From: Dehalococcoidia bacterium
GTDB lineage: Bacteria > Chloroflexota > Dehalococcoidia > Bin125
Reading direction: 5' to 3' (one strand)
Length of the DNA stretch: 64,000 bases
Assembly (NCBI GenBank): GCA_963422755.1
Contig: OY730488.1
The position numbers were made by a program, and so were the translations under genes. This document shows, piece by piece, positions 18,998 to 27,329 of this stretch (position 1 is the stretch's first letter; every line of letters starts with the position of its first letter). Below the pieces are notes generated by a model, which saw nothing but the letters and a program-made list of their open reading frames with translations, ran no database searches and had not been told where the DNA came from.

Positions 18998-20287
18998 ATG
19001 CAGGCACAAGCCATCGAGGCGGTACAGATAGCTAACATCCACACGGCTGCGCAGGAGTACCGCATCGACTCCCACACGCCAAGCTCGATCGCAGCTCCAA
19101 CGGCCCACGCCAGCGTCGAACAGGCGCTCACATCGGCATCGAGAGAGCGCCTCGCTGTGACGCCGATTGGCGGTCGCACCATGCTCGACCTCGGCATGCC
19201 GCCTCGCCAATACGACCTGGCGCTCGATCTGTCGGGCATGAACCAGGTTGTTGAGTACGAACCCGACGATTTCACCATCACCGTCGAAGCGGGAATGACG
19301 TTGGCGCAGCTGCAGAGGCGGCTCACCGTGAACGGGCAGTTCCTGCCGCTTGATCATCCACGCTTCGAGCGCGCCACGCTCGGCGGCGTCTGCGCCGTCG
19401 GGCGCGGCGGCCTGCGGCGCAACGCCCACGGCGGTCCGCGTGACTGGTTGATCGGGATGCGAATGGTCCAGGCTGACGGCGTCTCGATCAAGGGTGGTGG
19501 ACGCGTCGTCAAGAACGTCAGCGGCTACGACCTACCCAAGCTATTTGCGGGGTCGCTGGGCACATTGGGCGTGATCACCGAACTAACCTTCAAGCTACGC
19601 CCTCTACCGGCAAGCGATCAGATCGTCGCCGTCGCCGCGCCCTCGCTTGAGGCGGCGCTGGCTGCTGCGCGAGCGGCGGCGCAGGCGGCGCCATTCCTCA
19701 ACGGTTGCGTCGCGCTGTCGGCCGACAGCGCCGTCGAGGCGCGAGCGCTTGGGGCCAAGTCGCTCCAGGACGAACCGACCATCGTCTTGCGCGCTAGTGG
19801 GCTCGAGTCAGCGGCGAGCGAGGTATTGTCGCAGGCGCTCCGTGCGATCCGCGACGCCGGCATCAGCGGACCAGAGCGGCGCACCAGCGAGATCGTCGAG
19901 ACGTGGCAGGCGATCGCCGATCTCGAGTTGCAGACTCCTCCAGACCATGTGCGGCTGAGGGTGGGACTACCGCCCGCCAGCCTGATCCGCGCACAGACCA
20001 TCCTCGACCAGCGTCTGGACGATGCGGCGCACTGGATCACCGCCGCCGACTCCGGGCTGCTGTTTGTGACGGCGCCAAGCGCGGACGCGGACACGATTCG
20101 GCGCTTGCGTGACGACCTTCAGCCGTTGCAAGGTCGGCTGACGATTGAATCAGCGCCGCCAGAACTGAAGCGAGCTGCAAACGTCTGGGGACCAACCGGC
20201 ACAGGCGCGCGCCTGATGCATAGCATCAAGGAGCAGTTCGACCCACACGGGATACTCAACCCAGGCCGATTCGTCGATGGCATTTAG
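18998..20287 (+). CDS. glcE: FAD-binding oxidoreductase, glycolate oxidase subunit GlcE-like
   Basis: The ORF was trimmed to the ATG at 18998. It has an FAD_binding_4-like region (VTPIGGRT...KNVSGYDLPKLFAGSLGTLGVITE) and lies between the glcD- and glcF-like genes. Confidence 0.75.
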   Translation: MQAQAIEAVQIANIHTAAQEYRIDSHTPSSIAAPTAHASVEQALTSASRERLAVTPIGGRTMLDLGMPPRQYDLALDLSGMNQVVEYEPDDFTITVEAGMTLAQLQRRLTVNGQFLPLDHPRFERATLGGVCAVGRGGLRRNAHGGPRDWLIGMRMVQADGVSIKGGGRVVKNVSGYDLPKLFAGSLGTLGVITELTFKLRPLPASDQIVAVAAPSLEAALAAARAAAQAAPFLNGCVALSADSAVEARALGAKSLQDEPTIVLRASGLESAASEVLSQALRAIRDAGISGPERRTSEIVETWQAIADLELQTPPDHVRLRVGLPPASLIRAQTILDQRLDDAAHWITAADSGLLFVTAPSADADTIRRLRDDLQPLQGRLTIESAPPELKRAANVWGPTGTGARLMHSIKEQFDPHGILNPGRFVDGI

Positions 20288-20296
20288 GCTGCATCC

Positions 20297-21676
20297 ATGA
20301 GCATCGCGCCGCCGCCGACCAACGAGACGATCTGGCTCACCGACGACCGCCCCGACGCGGGGGAGCTCGGACTCTGCGTGCACTGCGGTTTCTGTCTCAA
20401 CGCTTGTCCGACGTACCACGATCTCGGCATCGAGACCGATTCGCCGCGCGGTCGCATCGCCTTGATGCGTGGGCTGGACAGTGGTCGAATTGAGTGGTCG
20501 CCACGTGTGCAGCAGCACTTCGACCAGTGTCTGCAGTGCCGCGCCTGCGAGACCGCCTGTCCATCCAAAGTGCCCTATGGCCGCCTGATGGAAGCGACCC
20601 GCGCTGAGGCATTCGTGCAGGACAAGTGGCCACGACGCCAGCGGATCCTCTGGCGCGTGATCATGCGAGGCATATTTCCATATCCGCGTCGATTACGGCT
20701 GGCCGGCTACGGACTGAAGTGGTACCAACGCAGCGGATTGCAATGGTTGATCCGACGCACGGGGCTCCTGCGACGGCTCTCGCCGAGGCTGTCGACGATT
20801 GACGATCTCTCACCCGACGCGCGCCAGCCCTTCTACGACAATGCGGAGGCGGCGGGCGTACGTCCGCGACAGCCGGTCCGCGCCCGCGCTGTGCTGATCA
20901 CCGGCTGCATGATGCCACTGGCCTATCCCGAGACACACCGGGCGACGGTCCGCGTATTCGCGCGCAACGGAGTCGCCGTCGACGCGCCGTCGACACAGGC
21001 TTGCTGCGGCGCGCTGCATGCGCACGGTGGCGACGTTGCAGCGGCGCGCGAGCTCGCGCGGCGGAACATCGACGCCTTGACTCCTACCTCAGGCGAGTTG
21101 CCCGATGCCATTCTGATCAACGCGGCTGGCTGCGGTTCGCACCTGAAGGAGTATGGACACCTGCTCCGCCACGATGCCACGTACGCCGTACGCGCCGCCA
21201 GCTTCGCGGCTCGCGTCCGCGATGTGCATGAGTACCTCGTGGAGATCGGCTTCGAGCCACCCAGCGGGCGGATCGAGCGTACGGTGACGTACCAGGACTC
21301 CTGCCATCTGTCCCACGCCCAGAATGTGCGCAGCGCGCCGCGCGATGTCCTGCGCAGCATTCCCGGTCTGACTCTGTCGGAAATGCGCAGCCCAGACCGC
21401 TGCTGCGGGTCGGCTGGCATCTATTCGGTCGTGCAGAGTGAGATTTCACAGCGTGTGCTGGCCGAAAAAATGTCGGACGTGCTCGACAGCGGCGCTGAAC
21501 AGATCTGCACCGCCAATCCCGGATGCATGCTGCAACTCGACGCGGGGATCGCCCGCTTCGACGACGAGCGTCGGATGATCCCGCGTTCGACGCACGCGAT
21601 CGAGCTGTTGGACGAGTCGTACCGACTCGGTGACGAGCAGTCACAAGCCCCCGCGCAGGCGCAAACCACACAGTGA
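20297..21676 (+). CDS. glcF: (Fe-S)-binding protein, glycolate oxidase iron-sulfur subunit GlcF-like
   Basis: It has two 4Fe-4S ferredoxin motifs (CVHCGFCLNACP; CLQCRACETACP) plus two cysteine-rich CCG domains. Confidence 0.85.
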   Translation: MSIAPPPTNETIWLTDDRPDAGELGLCVHCGFCLNACPTYHDLGIETDSPRGRIALMRGLDSGRIEWSPRVQQHFDQCLQCRACETACPSKVPYGRLMEATRAEAFVQDKWPRRQRILWRVIMRGIFPYPRRLRLAGYGLKWYQRSGLQWLIRRTGLLRRLSPRLSTIDDLSPDARQPFYDNAEAAGVRPRQPVRARAVLITGCMMPLAYPETHRATVRVFARNGVAVDAPSTQACCGALHAHGGDVAAARELARRNIDALTPTSGELPDAILINAAGCGSHLKEYGHLLRHDATYAVRAASFAARVRDVHEYLVEIGFEPPSGRIERTVTYQDSCHLSHAQNVRSAPRDVLRSIPGLTLSEMRSPDRCCGSAGIYSVVQSEISQRVLAEKMSDVLDSGAEQICTANPGCMLQLDAGIARFDDERRMIPRSTHAIELLDESYRLGDEQSQAPAQAQTTQ

Positions 21677-21728
21677 TCCGCTAGCCTCTGCTCGGCGATT
21701 TAGGCTCGGCCACGAGAGAGGCGGCATC

Positions 21729-22568
21729 ATGGGACAGTTCCAGCAGGTATCAGTGGGTGACACGACGCTGATCGCGGTCCAGGACTCTTGGGCCGTGCTG
21801 CCGCCGACGATGTTCTTCAATCAGACCTCGGACTCCGACTGGGATGCCTACCGTGACTTGCTGGACGGCGACGGCAACATCGTCCTCAATCTCGGTGCCT
21901 GGCTGGTGGTTTCGGGCGGCACGACGATTCTGGTCGACTCAGGCATCGGCGGGCGGCCGACGATGATGCCGCTCAAGGAGCCGGCGGCGCTCCCGAGCGT
22001 GATGCAGGAAGCTGGCGTCTCGGCCAACGACGTCGACATCGTCGCCTTCTCGCACCTGCACTTCGACCACACCGGCTGGAACACGTTCGACCGTGACGGC
22101 ACGCCCGTGCCTCAGTTCCCCAATGCACGCCACATCATTCAACAGACCGAGTGGGACTACTGGACATCCAGCGACGAGCTTAAGCAGGGCGCGCAGTATG
22201 ACAACGTGCTCAGCCCGATTATCGACGCGGGGCTGGTTGACTTCGTCGAGGGCGAACATGCGCTGACCGCAGAGGTCGTGACCGTGCCGACTCCCGGTCA
22301 TACGCCAGGCCACGTCTCGTTCGCGGTCAGAAGCGGGGGCGAGACGGCCTATCTCCTGGGAGACGCGGCGCACCACATGGTGCAGCTCACCGAGACCAGC
22401 TGGTGTCCCGGCGCCGACGTCAACACTGCAGACTCCACCGCCAGCCGACACAAGCTCTTCGACCAGATCGAGGCCGAGCGCGCGCTCATCGCTTCAGGAC
22501 ACTTCCAGTTCCCTGGCCTGGGCCGCGCCGCCCGTCGGGGCGGCGTGCGCTACTTCGCCGCCGAGTAG
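21729..22568 (+). CDS. MBL-fold metallo-hydrolase (AiiA/lactonase-like HxHxDH motif)
   Basis: The ORF was trimmed to the ATG at 21729. The motif SHLHFDHTGW is present, with downstream His residues (TPGHTPGH). Confidence 0.8.
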   Translation: MGQFQQVSVGDTTLIAVQDSWAVLPPTMFFNQTSDSDWDAYRDLLDGDGNIVLNLGAWLVVSGGTTILVDSGIGGRPTMMPLKEPAALPSVMQEAGVSANDVDIVAFSHLHFDHTGWNTFDRDGTPVPQFPNARHIIQQTEWDYWTSSDELKQGAQYDNVLSPIIDAGLVDFVEGEHALTAEVVTVPTPGHTPGHVSFAVRSGGETAYLLGDAAHHMVQLTETSWCPGADVNTADSTASRHKLFDQIEAERALIASGHFQFPGLGRAARRGGVRYFAAE

Positions 22569-22628
22569 CCGCGTCGGCCAGGACCCAGAGTCCACACGCA
22601 GGGTTCGCGCACAGAGCTCGCGCAGCAG

Positions 22629-23621
22629 CTAGTCGCGCAGCTGGTCAGCGTACTGAGCGATGTCGATGTAGCGGTCCGCGACCTGTCGCAGGTCGGAGGA
22701 CGTGCTTTTGCCGAAGGCCATTACCTCGACGCGGACGCCGCGCGCGCCGACGATCTCGACCAGTCGCCGGAAATCGCCGTCGCCGGAGACGAGCACGATC
22801 ACGTCGACACGGTCGGACATCGTCAGCACGTCGATGGCCAGTTCGACATCGAAGTTGGCTTTGACCGATCCGCCGCTGAAGCGTTTCAGCTGTTTGGTCG
22901 CAATCCGGTAGCCGTGGTCGAGGAAGGGAACGACGAAGCGCTCGTTCTCTGTACGGGCTTGCGGATCATCCGAGATCGGCGCGTATGCGATCGCGCGAAC
23001 CAAGGTTCGACCGTGCGACAGGAAATCAGCGACTTTGCCCCAGTTGAGCTGCACGCCCGAGGACTCGGCGCCGTAGAGGATGTTCGGCACATCGACGAAG
23101 ATGGCGAGACGCGGCAGCACCTCGATCCGCGCTGGGGGAGCATCGTCGCCGCGCCGCCCGAGCAACGTTTCGGTCAATAGCTGCTGCGAAGCGGCGAGCC
23201 GTTCGATCGCTTGGCCCTGCTGTTCGAGCAGCGCCGTCTGGCGCTGCAACAGGGACGTCAATTGTCCCGCAGGATCGGTGGCGTCAGCTGATGCGACGCT
23301 CGCTGACTCGGGTTTGCCGCGCCGGCCGCCGCGCCGATTGGATGACCGCGACGATGTGGACGATGTACCTGAGGAGGTCGTCGTCGACGTCGCGGTCGAG
23401 GCGCCCGATGCGCCGTTGTTGGTGGACGAACGTCGCCTGGACGATCGGCGCGTGGTTGATTTGGGCGCTGGTTCACCCGGCTCAGTAGCGGGCGGGGTGG
23501 ACGGTGTCGGAGGGCTCGTGGATGGTTGGGGGGCGTTGACAGGGGGATCAGCAGCGGGTGCGCTTGTCGGGGCGGCCCGCCTTCGAAAGAAAGTCATAAC
23601 TGAGGGAGGTTCCTTCTCCAT
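22629..23621 (-). CDS. NYN (LabA-like) domain protein with a long Ser/Thr/Pro/Arg-rich disordered N-terminal region
   Basis: The C-terminal ~160 aa fit the NYN/LabA pattern (LAIFVDVPN...VSGDGDFRRLVE). The N-terminal ~130 aa are low complexity and are followed by a predicted coiled segment. The start is uncertain (ATG at 23621 or the internal ATG at 23597). Confidence 0.75.
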   Translation of the reverse strand: MEKEPPSVMTFFRRRAAPTSAPAADPPVNAPQPSTSPPTPSTPPATEPGEPAPKSTTRRSSRRRSSTNNGASGASTATSTTTSSGTSSTSSRSSNRRGGRRGKPESASVASADATDPAGQLTSLLQRQTALLEQQGQAIERLAASQQLLTETLLGRRGDDAPPARIEVLPRLAIFVDVPNILYGAESSGVQLNWGKVADFLSHGRTLVRAIAYAPISDDPQARTENERFVVPFLDHGYRIATKQLKRFSGGSVKANFDVELAIDVLTMSDRVDVIVLVSGDGDFRRLVEIVGARGVRVEVMAFGKSTSSDLRQVADRYIDIAQYADQLRD

Positions 23622-23647
23622 TCATAGGACTGGGTCATAGGACTGGG
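23622..23647. repeat. Perfect 13-bp tandem duplication (TCATAGGACTGGG x2) at the Mrp/NYN gene junction
   Basis: Read directly: copy 1 is 23622-23634 and copy 2 is 23635-23647. Copy 2 contains the mrp/apbC stop codon and last codons. Copy 1 forms the whole intergenic spacer. Confidence 0.9.
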
Positions 23648-24702
23648 ATCGTGAGTGGCTGCAGCAGGGCCGAGGCGGCGGCTTTGACCGCGACGCGATT
23701 GGCGATCGACACGAACGCCTCGGCCGCAGGATGCTCCGCGTCGAAGGCCACGATGGGCTGTCCGTCGTCGCCGGCAGCGCGCACTTCGGTCGCCAACTGC
23801 ACCTCGCCCAGGAAATCGATCTCGAGGTCGTCTGCTGCATCGCGGGCGCCGCCGTGGCCAAAAATCTCCACGCGTTGCCCAGTATCCGGGGTGACGAAGT
23901 AGGACATGTTCTCGACGATGCCAAAGACCGGCACGTCAAGCTTTTCGAACATCGCCACCGCCTTGCTGGCGTCTTCCAGCGCTACTTGCTGGGGTGTCGA
24001 AACGATGACCGCGCCGGCAAGCGGGGCTTCCTGCGCCAACGACATGGAGGCGTCGCTGGTGCCGGGTGGCAGATCGATGAGCAAGTAGTCGATTTCGCCC
24101 CAGTCGACGTCGTGCAGGAGCTGTCGGACGGCGGAGCCGATCATCGGTCCACGCCAAACGACCGGCGCACCGGGCGGCAGCAGGAAGCCAAGCGAGATCA
24201 CGCGCACGCCGTACCGCTCGACCGGATGCAGACCGCGCTCGCTTTCCGCTTGGTAGCCGCTGGGCAACCCGAACATGGTCGGCAAATTCGGGCCAGTCGC
24301 GTCTGCATCGACGAGCCCTACGGCAGCGCCGGTCTGCGACAGGGCCACGGCGAGATTGGTGGCGATGGTCGATTTACCCACGCCACCCTTGTTGGAGGCC
24401 ACGGCGATGATGTTCTTGACGCCGCCGATCGCGGCCTGCTGTCCACTACCTTGCCAGGCTGGCACGTCGACTCGAACGTCAAACGCGACTGAGGCAGCGC
24501 CAGCACTGACCAGCGCGTCCGTTACGAGTCGCTCCAGCGTCTCGCGCGGGTAACCGTGCAGCGGCAGGGTCAGATGCACGGTGACGCTATCGCTGTCGAG
24601 CGTGGCGCCGCCAAACATGCGCAGTGAGATCAGATCTCGGCCCAATTGCGGATCGCGGACGGTTCTCAGCGTGTCGCGCACTATCTCGGCCGTGAGCGTC
24701 AT
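23635..24702 (-). CDS. apbC: Mrp/NBP35 (ApbC) family iron-sulfur cluster carrier ATPase
   Basis: The ORF was trimmed to the ATG at 24700-24702. An N-terminal DUF59-like domain is followed by a deviant Walker A (SNKGGVGKST) and a CxxC-less Mrp core (ENMSYF). Confidence 0.9.
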   Translation of the reverse strand: MTLTAEIVRDTLRTVRDPQLGRDLISLRMFGGATLDSDSVTVHLTLPLHGYPRETLERLVTDALVSAGAASVAFDVRVDVPAWQGSGQQAAIGGVKNIIAVASNKGGVGKSTIATNLAVALSQTGAAVGLVDADATGPNLPTMFGLPSGYQAESERGLHPVERYGVRVISLGFLLPPGAPVVWRGPMIGSAVRQLLHDVDWGEIDYLLIDLPPGTSDASMSLAQEAPLAGAVIVSTPQQVALEDASKAVAMFEKLDVPVFGIVENMSYFVTPDTGQRVEIFGHGGARDAADDLEIDFLGEVQLATEVRAAGDDGQPIVAFDAEHPAAEAFVSIANRVAVKAAASALLQPLTIPVL

Positions 24703-25110
24703 ACCCGCTCCCTTCGAATCACGGCGATCGCTGCTCGCATCCTCGCCCGATCGACCGGTCAGCCGCCGCCAGACCACGGCCGCCTCAGGCCCGTCCGTCC
24801 CGCTGCAGGCCCAGCGGCACCCGCCGCATGCAACGAGTGTCGCAGGAGCGATGGGGACGAAGCCGAACGCAGCGGAGTGAACAAGATCGGCGCGAGTAAT
24901 CGAGCAGTAGTGGCAAGCGCAGCAATGTCAAGCAGATCAACCAGGACGCCTATTCGTTGCGTCTGACCACATCGTACCGCAACTCGCGCAACCGCCTGGA
25001 CGTGACCGCGCGCCCGCACTGATCTCGCGCTGATCTATGGCGCAGAATGAGCCTGCGCGGCTGATTGGGCGATGATTCTGGAACATATCTGGCGGCCGCA
25101 GCGTCAAGAG

Positions 25111-25244
25111 TTTACAGGCTCGTATCGCACTTTACAGCAGCGACGCCGGGGCGGAGCGGAGGTGTAGCAGTGTGCATTGCCTAGCGTCTGCCGCGAACCT
25201 AGCGTCCTGCTCACATGGGATTGACAGGGCGCGAGCTGCGTCAA
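25111..25244. promoter_or_regulatory. Cluster of short direct and inverted repeats upstream of the small-protein/pyrD transcription unit
   Basis: TTTACAG occurs at 25111 and 25131 (20-bp period). CCTAGCGTC occurs at 25180 and 25198 (18-bp period). TTGACA at 25221 forms TTGAC...GTCAA with 25240-25244. Confidence 0.3.
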
Positions 25245-25277
25245 CAGCTCGGCCGTTCAACCCAGAAAGGTTGCGTC

Positions 25278-25502
25278 ATGGCTTCCAGGACTCGTGCCAA
25301 GAGCGAAGCGCCCTCGCACATCCACCACTGGCTGATCGAGGCCCCCAACGGACCAGTCTCGATGGGGTTATGCACCTGCGGCGAGACGAAGGAATTCATC
25401 AACTCGTCCGAGGACTCAATCTGGGACCGCAGCGAGGGACGCTCGCGCTGGAACGACATGGGCATCTCCAAGCGTCGCCGGCCGAACGAGAGCGCGAACT
25501 AG
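25278..25502 (+). CDS. Small (74 aa) hypothetical Cys/His-containing protein
   Basis: The ATG at 25278 lies 7 nt after GAAAGG. There is strong G/C third-position bias. The motif is HIHHWLIEAPNGPVSMGLCTCGETKEF, followed by a basic tail. Confidence 0.45.
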   Translation: MASRTRAKSEAPSHIHHWLIEAPNGPVSMGLCTCGETKEFINSSEDSIWDRSEGRSRWNDMGISKRRRPNESAN

Positions 25503-25548
25503 GTCGCTCCCGCAACCGTCTCCGCCGCCAAGGCGCCGTATCCATCGC

Positions 25549-26589
25549 GTGTCAGCTCGCGTCTGCAAGGCAATGCCCTCGATCTCGACGACCAACCCGG
25601 CCACCGTACAATCTGCCACCGTGCAGTCTGTCGGTGCGCTGTCAGACGTGATCAGCGGCTTCGACCTCGCCGTCGACTTGGCGCCGCGCGCCAAACGGGA
25701 GCTCGTGCTTCGCAATCCCGTGATGACAGCGTCCGGCACATCCAGCAACGGGGCGGAACTCGCGCGGCTGTTCGACGTCAATCGGCTCGGCGGCCTCTTG
25801 TCCAAGGGCATCACCCTGCAACCCCGACGCGGCAATCCAACGCCGCGGATCGTCGAAACCCCTGCTGGGATGCTGAACAGCATCGGGTTTCAGAACATCG
25901 GGGTGCGCCGACTGCTGCGCGACGTCGCGCCGGTCTGGGAGACTTGGGATGTGCCGGTCGTCGTCAACATGCTCGGTGACACCGTCGACGAGTTCGCCCG
26001 ATTGGCCCAGATTCTCGACGGCGCTGCGGGCGTCGCCGGGCTGGAAGTCAACATCTCCTGCCCAAACCTCGATGTCGGCGGGGTTGCGTTCGGACGCGAT
26101 CCCGTTGCCGCGGGGCGCGTCGTTGAGGCTGTGGTCACGGCCACGACGCTCCCGGTGATCGCCAAGCTGACGCCGGACGTGACCGACATCACGGTCATCG
26201 CCCGCGCCTGCGAGGCGGCCGGCGCTGACGCGCTCTGCGTCGCCAATTCGTTTGTCGGCATGAGCATCGACGTCCAGTCGCGCCGACCGCGCACCAACCG
26301 CCCAGTCGCTGGACTGACCGGGCCGGCGATCAAGCCACTGGCGCTGCGGCTGGTCTGGGAGGCGGCACAGGCAGTCGATATCCCGGTGATCGGCTGCGGC
26401 GGCATTACAGATGGGCGTGATGCGATCGAGTTTCTGCTGGCGGGCGCCAGCGCCGTCCAAGTTGGCACCGCATCCTTCCGCGATCCATTCGCCGCGATCC
26501 GCGTGCTGGAGGGGATCGTCGATTATTGCCGTGATCACAGCGTCACGCGGGTCGCAGATCTCGTGGGGGCGGCGCAGATCGATGGATAA
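25549..26589 (+). CDS. pyrD: Dihydroorotate dehydrogenase, class 1 catalytic subunit
   Basis: It has LRNPVMTASGT, NSIGFQN, VNISCPN (active-site Cys) and GGITDG motifs. The start is ambiguous (ATG 25549, ATG 25573 or GTG 25648). The conserved core begins near 25650. Confidence 0.85.
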   Translation: MSARVCKAMPSISTTNPATVQSATVQSVGALSDVISGFDLAVDLAPRAKRELVLRNPVMTASGTSSNGAELARLFDVNRLGGLLSKGITLQPRRGNPTPRIVETPAGMLNSIGFQNIGVRRLLRDVAPVWETWDVPVVVNMLGDTVDEFARLAQILDGAAGVAGLEVNISCPNLDVGGVAFGRDPVAAGRVVEAVVTATTLPVIAKLTPDVTDITVIARACEAAGADALCVANSFVGMSIDVQSRRPRTNRPVAGLTGPAIKPLALRLVWEAAQAVDIPVIGCGGITDGRDAIEFLLAGASAVQVGTASFRDPFAAIRVLEGIVDYCRDHSVTRVADLVGAAQIDG

Positions 26590-26611
26590 CCAGAGGCATA
26601 GAGTGCGCAGA

Positions 26612-26688
26612 CGGGGTGTAGCTCAGCTTGGCAGAGCGCACGGTTTGGGGCCGTGAGGCCGGCGGTTCAAATCCGCCCACCCCGACCA
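26612..26688 (+). tRNA. tRNA-Pro (anticodon UGG), CCA encoded
   Basis: Hand-folded cloverleaf: acceptor CGGGGTG/CACCCCG, D arm GCTC...GAGC, anticodon stem CACGG/CCGTG with loop TTTGGGG, T arm GGCGG-TTCAAAT-CCGCC. 77 nt. Confidence 0.9.
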
Positions 26689-26796
26689 GCATATTTTGAG
26701 GCGCACTCAGATCCGCGCTCGAAGTTCGATGCTGATGGCGGTGTCCGCTAGGCTATCGCCCGTATACAGGATGCGCAGGCACAGGAAGGACGCCCC

Positions 26797-27285
26797 ATGG
26801 CCACCGACCGCTTCCCGATCGAAGAAGGGCACATCATGCTGTTCGCCCGCTCGATCGGCGACGCTAACCCGATCTACTACGACGCCGATGTGGCGGCTCA
26901 GACTGAGCCTGGCCACATAGTGCCGCCGCCGACGTTCGTGCAGGCGTCCGCGCAGTTCACCGAGGGCTACAACCTACGGCCGGTGATCGGCGAACCGTGG
27001 TTCGGGTCGGGCAAGGAGCCGACCGGCATCCAGCGTGAGTCATCGGGCGGCAGCGGAGGCGGCACCGGCTTCCATGCAGAACAGCACTACGAGTACCACG
27101 CGCCGGTCAAGCCGGGCGACGTGCTCCGCGCGGTCGACAAGCCGGGCAAGACGTGGTCACGCGAGGGGCGTCGCGGCGGCACGCTGCAGTTCAGTGAATC
27201 GATCACCGAGTACTACAACCAGGACGACGTCCTTGTGGTGACGGCGCGCTCAGTGGGTGTGCAAACGTCACGCGTCGTTGAGTAA
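26797..27285 (+). CDS. FAS1-like / MaoC N-terminal-type dehydratase domain protein (HadA-like partner subunit)
   Basis: It has FPIEEGHIMLFARSIGDANPIYYD...PPTF, a hot-dog N-terminal-type pattern. AGGAAGGA SD upstream. It is followed by a MaoC-like gene. Confidence 0.7.
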   Translation: MATDRFPIEEGHIMLFARSIGDANPIYYDADVAAQTEPGHIVPPPTFVQASAQFTEGYNLRPVIGEPWFGSGKEPTGIQRESSGGSGGGTGFHAEQHYEYHAPVKPGDVLRAVDKPGKTWSREGRRGGTLQFSESITEYYNQDDVLVVTARSVGVQTSRVVE

Positions 27286-27329
27286 CTAGCGCCTCGTCAT
27301 CGCCGCCCCAGCACACCGGAGAATTTCCA

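Noticed and set aside
24759-25019. Short ORFs inside the 575-bp intergenic region (24581-24880 +, 24646-24966 +, 24759-25019 -).
   Set aside because: Their composition is Arg/Ala/Pro-rich. They have no SD or start context and no motif. Local GC is lower than in the coding regions, which is consistent with noncoding DNA.
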